Source: Octopus sinensis | Taxonomy: Eukaryota | Reading direction: 5' to 3' | Assembly (NCBI RefSeq): GCF_006345805.1 | Contig: NC_043003.1 | Location: forward strand, 113,026,001-113,090,000 | Length of the DNA: 64,000 nt | Shown: piece by piece, positions 40,931 to 53,780 of the stretch | Numbering within the stretch: the stretch's first letter is position 1 | Layout of the letters: each line of letters opens with the position of its first letter | Position numbers and translations under genes: made by a program | Notes under the pieces: generated by a model | Seen by the model: only the letters and a program-made list of their open reading frames with translations | Databases searched by the model: none | Told to the model about the DNA's origin: nothing

Positions 40931-41838
40931 TACCGTAACTGAAAATGCTAAATATCTCACGCATATCTATCGAAAGACAGGTTACCTGAATCGTCAAAAA
41001 TAGAAACATAATCTAGTTTTAATACCAGAAAGTAAATATCAAATCCTGGTGGTAAACACTGGGATATCTGCATAGAAACACAATATGGATTTAATAGCCT
41101 CATTACGTATACCAAGACATGCACATGCACGCGTACGCACTCACACACACATACACACACACACACACGCACACTGTAAAGTATATTGGAGTTAGGGAGA
41201 AAAAGAGTGTGAAAGTATCAACTAGAAAGAGAGAGAAGTCTAGGAGAGAGCGAGGAGAAGGAGAGAGAGGAATAAAGAGTGAGAGGGAGAGATAAGGAGA
41301 GAGAGAGAAGAAGAGAGAGAGAAGGAGAGAGAGAGAGAGAAGGAGAGAGAGAGACAGTTAATGTAAGATATAATGACGAAAGATAAATAACCACCGAAAA
41401 ATAAGCGGGTGTATAAATGAGAATTATTAGATGTGTGAATACATAGAAAATTACACAGCACTTCGCACTCTATCTAACCTGTTGTAATATTGGAAATAGT
41501 TCTGAGAATCTACGAAGCCAGGAAGCTAAGTGAAGCAAATTATTTAATAGCTGAAGGCAAGTTGCATAGCAAGACGATCAATCCATAATTCGTGAATCTG
41601 AGAAGTAGAAGATGCCAAATGTAGTTTCGCTTTTATAATTTAATTGCTAAATTCGTATGGCGAGCCTACCACACAGCCATGCCTCCCCCCACACACACAT
41701 ATACACACATATTCACACACATATGTATATACATATACATAGTTATGACATATATATAAACATAGCTACGAGTATATATATATATGTGTATATATGTTTG
41801 TGTTTGTATACATATATATATATTTATATATATGTGTG

Positions 41839-41896
<58 letters not shown>

Positions 41897-42359
41897 ATAT
41901 ATGTATACATACACAAACATATATACATACATACATACATACATATATATATATATTAATATATATGCATATATAATATATGTGACTATGTAATTGAGTT
42001 TTGGAGCAGGCGTACGTATATTTATACGAGTGTTCAGGTATTCGGGTTTTAGTTATGTGTTTGTACCGCCATTTTATAAGAGGGTGATAGTAATTTGCAG
42101 CCCAACCTTTGGTCAGTAGCCTTCAGGTACGCACCAGCATGAAGCGCAATCAAATCATGGAATTGAGAATGAAAAATGCCAGTTATGTCAGCGCTGTCGA
42201 GTGATTATTCTGACAGAAATATGGCCTCGATGTAAAACAGCTTCCGAAGGATTTCAAATCTGTTTCATAGATTCATCATCGAGTTTTGAAAAGTATTAAC
42301 TCAAATTTATTATATATAACAGAAAGGCGCATAAAAATAATTCAATATCAAGTAATATA

Positions 42360-42770
42360 TCTTTATATATAAAAGTGAGGTTGTGTGCTGTCTGTCACCT
42401 ACGATTTAGATTCCTAACTACTCCCACATTTTGCGGTGCAGTTTAACCAAAACCGGATATCTTATAGTCGTGATTCATATCGAGCCCTTCTGGGTATTAG
42501 CGCGCGTCTACGATGAGTCTACGATGAGTCTACGATTTAAAAAAAAAATTTACCATCATTCTTTTCCATTTTAATGCATTTTTCGCTATTATATAAGGGA
42601 AGTAACTCTCTAGAAATGTCTACGACGAGTCAACGATTTTTAAAAACATTTACCATAATTTTTTTCAATTTTGAATGCATTCTTTTGCTATTTTTTGGCT
42701 ATAACTCTCTAAAAATGCTTATATAGTTATTTCCCTTACAAACCCGAGCAACGCCAGGCGATATTGCTAG
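42360..42770 (+). mobile_element. Non-autonomous Helitron, copy 3
   Basis: TC...CTAG, A|T target, internal duplications. Confidence 0.85.
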
Positions 42771-43464
42771 TATATATATAAATATTATTTATTTATTAAC
42801 GTTGTCTGCCTCTACCTCCTTATCCTCTCTCTAGTAATCTCGGCGACCCTTCTACACCATATTCCTAGACACTATATGCTTATATACCTTTCTTTATCCT
42901 TATACCAATCCTTAACTTCCCCCGCTCACTCTATTTATTTACTTTTCCTTACTTTTACCACTTAATAGCCTCCTCCGCTACCATTCTGTTATCGAACATT
43001 GACATGTTCGTGTCTTTCTCTGGATGTTTACAATACCAGGACTTTAACTCATGTGGATCTAGGCAGGATTGCACCTAGACTTATGCACTTATTTCTACAA
43101 CATGTGGAAGTTGAACTGTGAACACTTATGCCTCTTTTTCTCCTCTCTCTTCACATATGAGCGCTTTCATCTACTCTAATAGATTCTTTGGATTATAATT
43201 TTATGAAGGGATTTGTCTCTTTTTACAGTATTAGTGAATGGGTTGTGGTGGAGAGAGAGAGAGGGAAAGAAGAGTAATGTGGAGTGTATAGGGTAGGAAT
43301 AGAGGTAGAGAAATGGGGAGATAGTGGAGGGGGAAAGTGAGAGAGAGTGTGTTTGTGTGTGTATGTCTGCGTGTGCGTGTGTGTGCCTGTATATCTGAAA
43401 GGAAGCGTTTTGAACAAGAGACAAAGGGAAAAGGAAAAGAATATATATTTTTGAGTAGGCGGCT

Positions 43465-43800
43465 AGAAGAAGAAGGAGGAGGAGGAGGGGGAGGAGGAGA
43501 GGAGGAGGATGTGAAGAAGAAGAAGAACAAGGGGAAGGAGAAGGAGAAGGAGAAGGAGAAGAAGGAGGAGGAAGAGGAGGAGAAGAAGAAGGAGAAAAAG
43601 AAGAAGAGAAGAAGAAGAAGAAGGAGAAGAAGAAGAAGAAGAAGAAGAAGAGGAGGGGAGGAGAAGAAGAAGAAGAAGAAGAAGAAGAATGAAAAAAGAA
43701 GAAGAAGAAGAAGAAGGAGAAGAAGCGGGGAGAAGAAGAGGAAGTAGAAGAATTAGAAGGAGGAGGAGGAGGAGGAGGAAGAAGAAGAAGGAGAATGAGA
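43465..43800. repeat. ~335-bp near-pure purine (GAA/GGA) tract
   Basis: Directly visible. Confidence 0.95.
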
Positions 43801-45169
43801 TTAGTATTTTATGGCAGTAAAAAATATTATAAGTGAAAATCATTGTTTCAAGTTTAACGTTTGGTGCCGGATACAGGTCTAACGTTTTGGCTCGCTGCAA
43901 CTTCACTGGAAAAATCTCTAAACTTTTTTGTACAGAAATAAATATTTGTCTAAAAAAGACAGGGCCCTTTAAAAATTCAAATAGTTTTCATACGTTAACA
44001 ATCCACCACCAACACATTTCACATTCAATATTTTACAACAGTTAAAAAGAAATGATAAAAAATAAATATCTTTCCTGAAATCCGTTTGGAATGTTGATTA
44101 TCAAATGAAAACAGAAATAATCAGGTCTACTGTTTTATGTTTGGTTACAGAAAACGTAATAAAGACAGGCGTTCAGAATGGAACACTTCACAAAATCACA
44201 AAGTAAGATATCATGAAGTTGGAAAGTAAGAAAACGACAACAGTAATTCGATGTTGTCCGCTAGGTATTTCCAAATTCACAATAATTTATTTGCAGATGC
44301 GCCCTGCAAGTTGAAATCAATTCGCCCTTTCAATTACGATTTAGTTAACATCCTCATACATGTCTCTCCATTTCCATGTGCTGTTAGTAGAAAGCGCTGA
44401 TTCGGTGGCACAAAAGGATCCTTCCAAGAGATTATTGTAATTCTATTTAGCTGTTGGTGTGTTGCTGTAGAAAACATCAGCCCACAAAACTATAGTTTTA
44501 TTTATTTTTGCTTTTGCACATGGTCTTAGGATCCAAAGAGCGGCACAGTAAATCTTAGTGTATTGCTTGAGAACCTATAGTCTTTGTCGAATAAGCAATT
44601 CAATTATATGTAATCAGTACATTTTCTCATGCCTGCATTTACGCACATATGTACATACACACACACACACACATACACATAAGCAAGCATGAACACATGG
44701 ACACAGTCACGCACAAAACCGATCCTTATTTGATTGCCTTTGTACACCGAACCTCTAACATTTTTAATCGACAGAAATACTCTACAGAAATCATTTCAGA
44801 CACATTCAATTTCGTTCCCTGTATTTATGTTGGTTTTTATTTATTGCTACAGTTTTTGATGTAATTGTTCATCTTTCATTTTATGTTGCTGTTGACGCAT
44901 GTTTTGATATATCTCTTTGATACGAACAAGTGCGTAGCCGACATCAATATAGCCGAGAGTAAATACATAATGGTCGAGATAGAATATTCATGGCTGACGA
45001 TTATGTGTGTTAAAATGGAAGCTCTGCCTGTAAAAGAGGAGTATTTGCATAGCGAGATCTAAATAGAAAAAAAAAGCACAATAAACTCTCCTATATTTAT
45101 AGACATAGACAAAGAAAAGCAGAATGATAACAACTGATGTAACTGTGAGTACCACTAAACATATATATA

Positions 45170-45228
<59 letters not shown>

Positions 45229-47474
45229 TGTGTGTGTGTGCGGCTGTCAGTCTGTAAGCATGCGCGTATGATGCATGCTTTTACCGTCATTCATTTTATA
45301 TATTTGAATTAATATGTGAATAGATGAATGCATATTTGTGTGTGTGTGTGTGTGTGTGTGTTTGTGCCATATATGCGTTGTGTTTCCAGTGTATTTACAT
45401 ATGTATGTGCCTATGAAAGTTTTTATTTATTTACACCAATAAATTTGTTATATGTTTTCGCCAATGTATTAAATTTTAATATTTGGGGTGCTAAAAATCA
45501 ATAACATAAATGAAAATTCTATGTGCTCACCAAAAGAATATCGTATTTAAATATAAAAAAAAAAATCTGTTTTTCTGTGACTGTTTGAGATTTTCATGTT
45601 CACGGTTCGTGTTTATAATTCATTTTGTCTTTACTTTTTATGATCATGTTCATTGATAGAATTCTTTATGGCTTTTCTTTTATGTTAAAGGATAAGTTAT
45701 ATTTTATTTTATTTTGTTTTAATATTTTTATATTAGGCTGAAAGGATGAAAGTGTTTGCAAGTCAGCAGACATTTTAAACATTGTACTGACTTTGTCTGG
45801 TATTTTTAAATTTGCGGTTGTGTTTTTCTTTATTTTTAATAAAAGGATACAACATTCGATTTATTAGAAAATAAGGTGAGGCAAATTGCTGTCCGATTCT
45901 GAAATGGAAATTTTTAACACAGATATCGGCATACTTCTATGAAAATTGATTTATAGCATCTCTTATTTGTAATATATCCCCAATACGCAGGCCCCAAATT
46001 GCAGAAATCTGCCTAAATTCAAGAGTCCAAGATGTTTTAGGCCAAATAGAAATCTGTCGTATGTAGGCATATATTCATACACTCATATACATACATATAT
46101 ACGTACATACACACACACACACACACTCACACACATAGAGACATAGATATATACGTACATATAAATATATATGCATATATATATTATATCCTTGCGTTTG
46201 GATATAGACTAAACTGTAACAGTTTTATAACACTACAAAAGCTAAATCAATAACAAACACGTAACAGACACATCTCTTTTCAACGAATTCTACGAGTGTC
46301 TTCACACATACGACTACACACACCACACTTAAACCCGCACTGTCATTATGCATGCACCTTTATAAGGTTTAGGACAGTTAACTTGCTATCCCGCAAGGGT
46401 GTCAAGATTTCACCTCAACATCTCCCTTTTTGAGCTTGACTTCCTTCAAAGTTAATATCTTTCTTTTGTTGATTATATATTTATTACCACCATTCCCACT
46501 TTCTTTTTTACATAATTCTCCAAAAAGAAATTGGAATATATCTTTTGCTTTGGCTCTATTTGCAAAACTTCTGTTTGTTTTCTTTTCCGAGTCGATGTAC
46601 TCGTGGGTTTAACTATTCCTTAAGATACCAGGACGTCAAAAATGTCATAAAGAAATTCCATTGGTTCTTCATGTCCTATTATTTCTTCCGTAAACCGTTT
46701 TTTCAGTTGGTTTAAATATTCTTTTGTGTTCCCATGTATGATATTTTACCATGTACGTTATTTTTCTTAAACGTTTACTTATTATTCCTTGTTCCCAACT
46801 TTCCTTTCCATTTCTGTATCTTTAAAAAAACACCCTGTCATTGAGGTTGAAGTATTTTATCTTACTTTCCGTGTTCCTCTCCATTTATCTCTTTTCTTCC
46901 CGGCAGTAATTTGTGAAACACTGACCTGATTTTCCTGGCGAACATCAAGTTCAGCCGGCTTCATACATGAAGTGGTGTTTGGGTTAGGTGTTATTCAAAA
47001 GACAATTAAGAAATGCGTCAATGCAGTATCAGCTAGTAGCTCCTTTTTAGATTTTCTTTCAGCGCCCTCTTAAACATGTCTACAAAATGTTCCATTCGAC
47101 CTTGGATGGTATGGCGGAGTAGAAATATGCTCCATTGCATACATTTTGCAAAAGGTTTTAAATTCCTTCGACGTGAACTATGTTCCGTTATCAGACACAA
47201 TAGTGTCTGGGACGCTATATAACTCGAAAAGATCGTCCAGAAATTCCATTGTTATTTTGGGGGTTGGCTTCCTACATTTACATATTTCCGGCCATTCTGT
47301 GTAACTATCCACAACTATTAGATAATACCCTCCATTTAACGGTCCTGCAAAGTCTATATATAATCTGGATCAGTCTTGGGCCAGGGCTGAATTTTTATAG
47401 GTGGTGCTTTCGCTGCCAGGGCAGAACCCCTGCAGGCTTTCACCAATTTTTCAATATCCTGATCCATATTCGAC

Positions 47475-48029
47475 CCTCATCAGTACTTTCATCAGCACTT
47501 TCCTCATCAGTACTTTCATCAGTACTTTCCTCATCAGTACTTTCATCAGTTCTTTCCTCATCAGTACTTTCATCAGTTCTTTCCTCATCAGTACTTTCAT
47601 CAGTACTTTCCTCATCAGTACTTTCATCAGTTCTTTCGTCATCAGTACTTTCATCAGTACTTTCCTCATCAGTACTTTCATCAGTACTTTCCTCATCAGT
47701 ACTTTCATCAGTACTTTCCTCATCAGTACTTTCATCAGTACTTCCTCATCAGTACTTCATCAGTTCTTTCTCATCAGTACTTTCATCAGTACTTTCCTCA
47801 TCAGTACTTTCATCAGTTCTTTCGTCATCAGTACTTTCATCAGTACTTTCCTCATCAGTACTTTCATCAGTACTTTCCTCATCAGTACTTTCATCAGTAC
47901 TTTCCTCATCAGTACTTTCATCAGTTCTTTCCTCATCAGTACTTTCATCAGTTCTTTCCTCATCAGTACTTTCATCAGTACTTTCCTCATCAGTACTTTC
48001 ATCAGTTCTTTCCTCATCAGTACTTTCAT
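47475..48029. repeat. 12/15-bp (27-bp) minisatellite inside the Gypsy integrase
   Basis: (ATCAGTACTTTC/CTC)n; the minus strand reads MKVLMRKVL, continuing the native RMKVLMR. Confidence 0.95.
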
Positions 48030-48081
48030 TCTCGCGATTCCTAGATGTCCCATGTGGAGTTCTTTTAGCATACGATTTAGC

Positions 48082-48615
48082 AAAGTAACAGGTATGCCTC
48101 CTCTAAGAGTACATATGTAGGTCACCACATATCGAATACCATTTCGTAACTGTGGTACTCTCGGACACATGAGCTTTTGCATTTGTTTCTGACTTCACTA
48201 TTTTTTCATTCTTATTATTAGCACACCCTTCTATGCTTTAGTTTTTATTTCCTCTAAAGTGACAGGTATGTCTCCTCTGAGAGTACATATGTAGGTCACC
48301 ACATATCGAATACCATTTCGTAACTGTGGTACTCTCGGACACATGAGCTTTTGCATTTGTTTCTGACTTCACTATTTTTTCATTCTTATTATTAGCACAT
48401 CCTTCTATGCTTTAGTTTTTATTTCCTCTAAAGTGACAGGTATGTCTCCTCTGAGAGTACATATGTAGGTCACCACATATCGAATACCATTTCGTAACTG
48501 TGGTACTCTCGGACACATGAGCTTTTGCATTTGTTTCTGACTTCACTATTTTTTCATTCTTATTATTAGCACATCCTTCTATGCTTTGGTTTTTATTTCC
48601 TCTAAAGTGACAGGT
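48082..48615. repeat. 174-bp tandem triplication within Gypsy pol
   Basis: Unit starts at 48082, 48256, 48430 and 48604 (partial). Confidence 0.95.
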
Positions 48616-50289
48616 AGTTCGCGTACCACGTTGCAGAGTTTATCATATATTTCGATTTCAGTTTTTAATGCCGCTATTACAGCGTCCTCTAACGGTTCAT
48701 TGTATTTAGGTATCAATCGTGACAGCCCATCTGCATGTCCTAATTTTTCCGATGGTAGAAATTCCATCTTAATGTCATAATTTAGCAGGATCGTCCCCCA
48801 GCGCTGCAATCGTTTGTCTGTTTGGGTGGAGATACACTTTTTCGATCCGTAAATAAACAACAATGGGTGGTGATCTGTTTGCAGACTGAATTTCCTTCCA
48901 CGTATGAATTTACTAAATTTTTTCACCGCAAAAATAATGGCTAATGCCGCCTTCCCAATTTGGCTGTAGTTTTTGCAACGTGAAGCATGAGCGATGGGTT
49001 TTAGGCAACCATTTTCATACTTGTGTAAAATTACCGCTTCACCACTTTCGCTGGCATCTAATTCTATTACTATTTTTTAATTTGGATCAAAGTGCGTTAA
49101 TGACAGTTTCGATGTTAAAACTTTTCTAATTTCTTCGAAAGCTTTTTGGCACCTCTTCGACCAATACCGTTTAACGTCTTTATTCCGATAGTTTGTTTAG
49201 GGCTGCTCTTAGCTCATGTATATTCGGTATATATGTTTGGTAATAGTTTGCGATCCCGAAGAATGTTTGTATCGTTGTAATATTTTCCGGTGGAGGCATA
49301 TTTTGTATTGCAGTGGGTCTTGAAAGATCTGCCCGGCGACCATTTTTATCGATAACTAGCCCTAGATACTTTATTTCTGGCATGAAAAGTTTGCCTTTTT
49401 CCTCGCTAAGTTTAAATCCATACTCTTTTATTCTTTCAAAGGCCTTTTTAACATGTTCCTCATGCTAGCCTCCAGACTCACTTTTTATGAGTATATCATC
49501 CAAGAAAGCTATAGCGAAATCCATATCCGCAAGCATAGTGACCATCACCTGTTAGAAAGTACTAAGTACCAGCTTTATCCCAAAAGGAAGCCGACTGGAT
49601 TTATATAAACGTTTATAGGTGTTTATCGTTAATAATTTCGAACATTCCTCCCCGACTTGGAACTGTAAATGCGCCTCCGGCAAGTCCAACTTTAAAAAAA
49701 CATTTTCCTCCATTGAGTTTCGCAAAAATTTCCTACAAACTAGGTAATGGGTGTCATCAAACATTCGTTCAATTCTGTTGAAAAGTCAGCGAATACTCGT
49801 ATTTTTTTTCTTTATACAAACAGGTGGTGATGCCCATTCTGAATAATCAATTTTTTTCTATAACTCCAAGCTCTCCAAGTCTATCCAATTCCTCGTTGAC
49901 TTGATTTAACGCCGCGAAAGGAACAACTCGCTTCGGTTTAAATACCGGTACAGCGTTTCCTTTCCCTTGAAATTTTACTTTTGTCTTGGTGCACCTATTA
50001 CTTCTTCAGAAAAAACATCAGGAAAAACCCTTTTTGATTTCTTTTGTAACTCCTCCGACGCCTTATTTGAACTGACATAAGACCCTTTTACATTATAACA
50101 AAAGATATTGATGGGGAAGTGCCATAAATTAAATAGCTCCGTCCAGTCTGCGCTAAATAAGTTTGACGTGCGTTTTAATACAAAACCTTTGGCTTTCAAA
50201 GTTTTTCTACGAAATGTCACCTCACATACGGGATACATTTGACCCTTGAGTTGTTGTGCTAGATTTCGCTCCTATGTGAGTTATTGTTT

Positions 50290-51046
50290 TATTACTTGGT
50301 TACGGGAGGGCTGCAATCAGAAAACCACTACTTTCAAAAACAAACGCTGCAAAGCATTTAGAGTGGAGTAAAAACCTATAGAATTGGTCCTTAGATCGGT
50401 GGAAGAATGTTATTTTTTTGGACGGGTCATTCTTTACCTTATTTCCGACCAGCGGCCGAGTATACTTGTGGAGACAGCCAAAAGAAGCATTTGACCCAGA
50501 ATGCCTTTTTCCAACTGTTAAATATGGAGGAGGATCTGTGATGATCTGGGGAGTTCTATCTTGCAAATCCGCAAGCCCAATGGTTTCCCTTCATGGCAGA
50601 ATTAACAGTGAAGACTATTTAAGTATTTTATCTGATCAAATTCATTCTATGGTTGCGGAACTGTTTCCGGAGGAAGACGCAATCTTTCAGGAGGATGATG
50701 CTCCAATCTACACAGCTAAAGTTGTTACTGAATGGCACGAGAAACATTCTAGTGAAGTTGAACATCTTATCTGGCCTCCACGATCCCCAGATCTCAATAT
50801 TATTGAACATTTATTGTGCATTTCATAAAAACAAGTAAGAAGTCGATATCCTCCACCATCATCGCTGCAAAAACTGGGGACTGTTTTAGCTGAAGAATGA
50901 ACAAAAATTCCTTTGGGAAGAATTCGAACTTTTTACGAGACCATACCTCGTAGAATTCAAGCTGTAATTACTGCCAAAGCGGTCCTACCCCATATTGAAA
51001 TATATTTGTATGAAGTTTTAAAAGTTTCCATTATTTTGTCGAAACC

Positions 51047-51049
<3 letters not shown>
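50290..51049 (+). mobile_element. 5'-truncated Tc1-like transposon, DD36E spacing
   Basis: DGSFF..VKYGGGSVMIWG..FQEDDAP..WPPRSPDLNIIE; right end ...AACCCTG+TA. Confidence 0.85.
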
Positions 51050-51091
<42 letters not shown>

Positions 51092-51101
51092 TATATATAT
51101 A

Positions 51102-51224
<123 letters not shown>

Positions 51225-51260
51225 TACATATATATATATATATACATATATTATATATAC

Positions 51261-51300
<40 letters not shown>

Positions 51301-51329
51301 TATACATATATATATATATACATATATAC

Positions 51330-51378
<49 letters not shown>

Positions 51379-51411
51379 TATATACATATATATATATATA
51401 TAGAGAGAGAG

Positions 51412-51452
<41 letters not shown>

Positions 51453-51453
<1 letters not shown>

Positions 51454-51856
51454 GCGGAGGAGTGGCTGTGTGGTAAGTAGCTTGCTTACGAACCACATGG
51501 TCCCGGGTTCAGTCACACTGCGTGGTACCTTTTGGCAAGTGTCTTCTACTATAGCCTCGGGCCGACCAAAGCCTTGTGAGTGGATTTGGTAGACGGAATC
51601 TGAAAGAAGCCCGTATTATATATGTATATATATATGTATGTGTGTGTATAAGTTTGTGTTTGTTTCTCCAACATCGCTTGACAACTGATGCTGGTGTGTT
51701 TTCGTGCCCATGACTTAGCGATTCGGCAAAAGACCCCGATAGAATAAGTATTAGGCTTACAAAAAATAAGTTTTGGGGTCGATTTGCTCGACTAAAGGAG
51801 GCACTCCAGCATGGCCACAGTCAAATGAATGAAACAAGTAAAGAGTAAAGAGAGAG
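51453..51856 (+). mobile_element. SINE family A
   Basis: Full bipartite copy. Confidence 0.9.
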
Positions 51857-51942
51857 TACAGGTAGATAGAGGGAGAGGGAGAGAGATGCACATATACATG
51901 CAGATGAAGGCATATATTTCGTAAATATATATATTTCGTAAA

Positions 51943-52171
51943 GGCGGCGAACTGGCAGAATCGTTAGCAAACCGGGCGAAGTGCTTAGCGGTATTTCGTC
52001 TGCCGCTACGTTCTGAGTTCAAATTCCGCCGAGGTCGACTTTGCCTTTCATCCTTTCGGGGTCGATTAAATAAGTACCAGTTACGCACTGGGGTCGATGT
52101 AATCCACTTAATCCCTTTGTCCGCCCTCGTTTGTCACCTCTATGTTTAGCCCCTTGTGGGTAGTAAAGAAA
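51943..52171 (+). mobile_element. SINE family B
   Basis: Full copy; TSD ATATATATATTTCGTAAA. Confidence 0.9.
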
Positions 52172-52665
52172 TATATATATATATTTCGTAAATGAATATA
52201 TATACAGTGTGCTGGTATGTATGCTTCTGTGAGTGTGTGCTGTTAAAAATAGGTATTCATTGAATCCGTTTTACTCATTATTTTGACAGATTATCGGATC
52301 TGGAAGCAGGTTAATGCAGCAAGTGAAACTCGGACAGATTGGCGCCCATCACAACTGCTTCACGCTGAAAGAGATGTCTGTGTTGATGTTTAGGATGGGA
52401 GAGACGGTGACCTAGCGTGTTTTATGCTTAGTGAATGAAATATAACTTTTGTTTAGCGAATTGATTCAAAGCCTGCTTAATTCGGATATTTATATAAATA
52501 CACTTGATGAAGTGGAGGCAGTCATGCGGCTTCAGACCATTTAGAAATGCAGTAACAACTGATATCGAAGTCGGTCGAAAAAGAATTCTGTTTGTCTCAA
52601 ATTTCGAATATATAAGTGTTAGAGATAGCAGAAACTAATTATGAGTGTGTGTGAACATATACGTG

Positions 52666-52753
<88 letters not shown>

Positions 52754-52836
52754 CATACATATATATACACGTACATATATATACACACGCATATATATAT
52801 ATATACACATATATATACACATATATATACACACAC

Positions 52837-52867
<31 letters not shown>

Positions 52868-52962
52868 CACATATATATGTACACATATATATATACACAC
52901 ACATGTATATATACATACACACACATATATATACACACACATGTATATATACATACACACAC

Positions 52963-53041
<79 letters not shown>

Positions 53042-53314
53042 CAATAAGGGTTTAGCAACAAGTTGCTTGACCACATACCGAAAAATTTTAGAAATAGCAG
53101 CCAAAGGACTACTATTTCCTTTATATATGTGTATATATATATAGAGAGAGAGTGGTTGTATAAAGTCAATATAACGTGACAGTCCCGTAAAGGAATTACA
53201 CCACCGCAATTTAGCCCTAGGAAGTATCGACGCCTCCTGTCGGCTTTAGCACATTTCCTGTGTCCTTATATTTGCAAAGGGGAGGCAAGCACCCCCACCA
53301 GCTAGAACTAGCGA

Positions 53315-53360
53315 CCTGGAGACATGCATGTTTCTGGGTCTTGCCCGTCGTCAGTCCAGG
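53315..53360 (-). ncRNA. Type-I hammerhead ribozyme motif
   Basis: Minus strand: cctgga CTGACGA c ggg-caaga-ccc a GAAA catgcatgt C tccagg. Perfect 6-bp stem I, palindromic stem III, GUC site. Confidence 0.8.
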
Positions 53361-53780
53361 GTAGCGAGTCCTCGCTAGCGTGTCCTTTTCTCTTTATTAT
53401 AGGCACAATGGCCTGATTACACAGAGGGGACAAAACAAGACAAAACGAGAACATAAAACAAATGATGTATGATTGATGGAGTGATTAATAATTGATGAGA
53501 ATGAAGCTGTTCGAATCACTCCCGCTGTGAGACGAACAGTGAAGTTTTTCACATTAATTCTCAATACCATCGGGTCTCACTGTGAGGCGAAACCGCGATG
53601 GTCTTCTTATCAATATCGTTTCCTTTTCTATTTTATCTTTTTTTTTTCCAGCGTTACATTTTCCTCTTTTTTTATATATATTAAATTTCACAGACAAATA
53701 ACACAAGTTCAATTCTCAGTTCAATTCATATTTGTTTTAAAACAATTAGTTGCGTTTACACTCGTAATTATACTTACCGT

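Larger units (their letters stand above)
46216..50285 (-). mobile_element. Decayed Gypsy/Ty3 LTR retrotransposon (protease end, RT, RNase H, integrase, PPT, putative 3' LTR 46216-46420)
   Basis: RGRKFSLQTDHHPLL..RLQRWGTILLNYD..HADGLSRL; KELHMGHLGIARMK; IDFAGPLNG..IVVDSY..PDTIVSDNGT. PPT AAAAAGGGAGA immediately precedes TGTTG. No 5' LTR found. Confidence 0.9.

Noticed and set aside
47475-48029. Array looks like tandem hammerhead cores (CUGAUGA-G-GAAA-GUACU) or a TDESTDEES protein repeat
   Set aside because: There is no stem II, position 17 would be a non-cleavable G, and the unit derives from integrase codons MKVLMR. It is not a CRISPR array either, as there are no unique spacers.
53577-53584. 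CACAGTG heptamer (RSS/Transib-like) on the minus strand in repeat R
   Set aside because: No nonamer at 12/23 spacing and not terminal.
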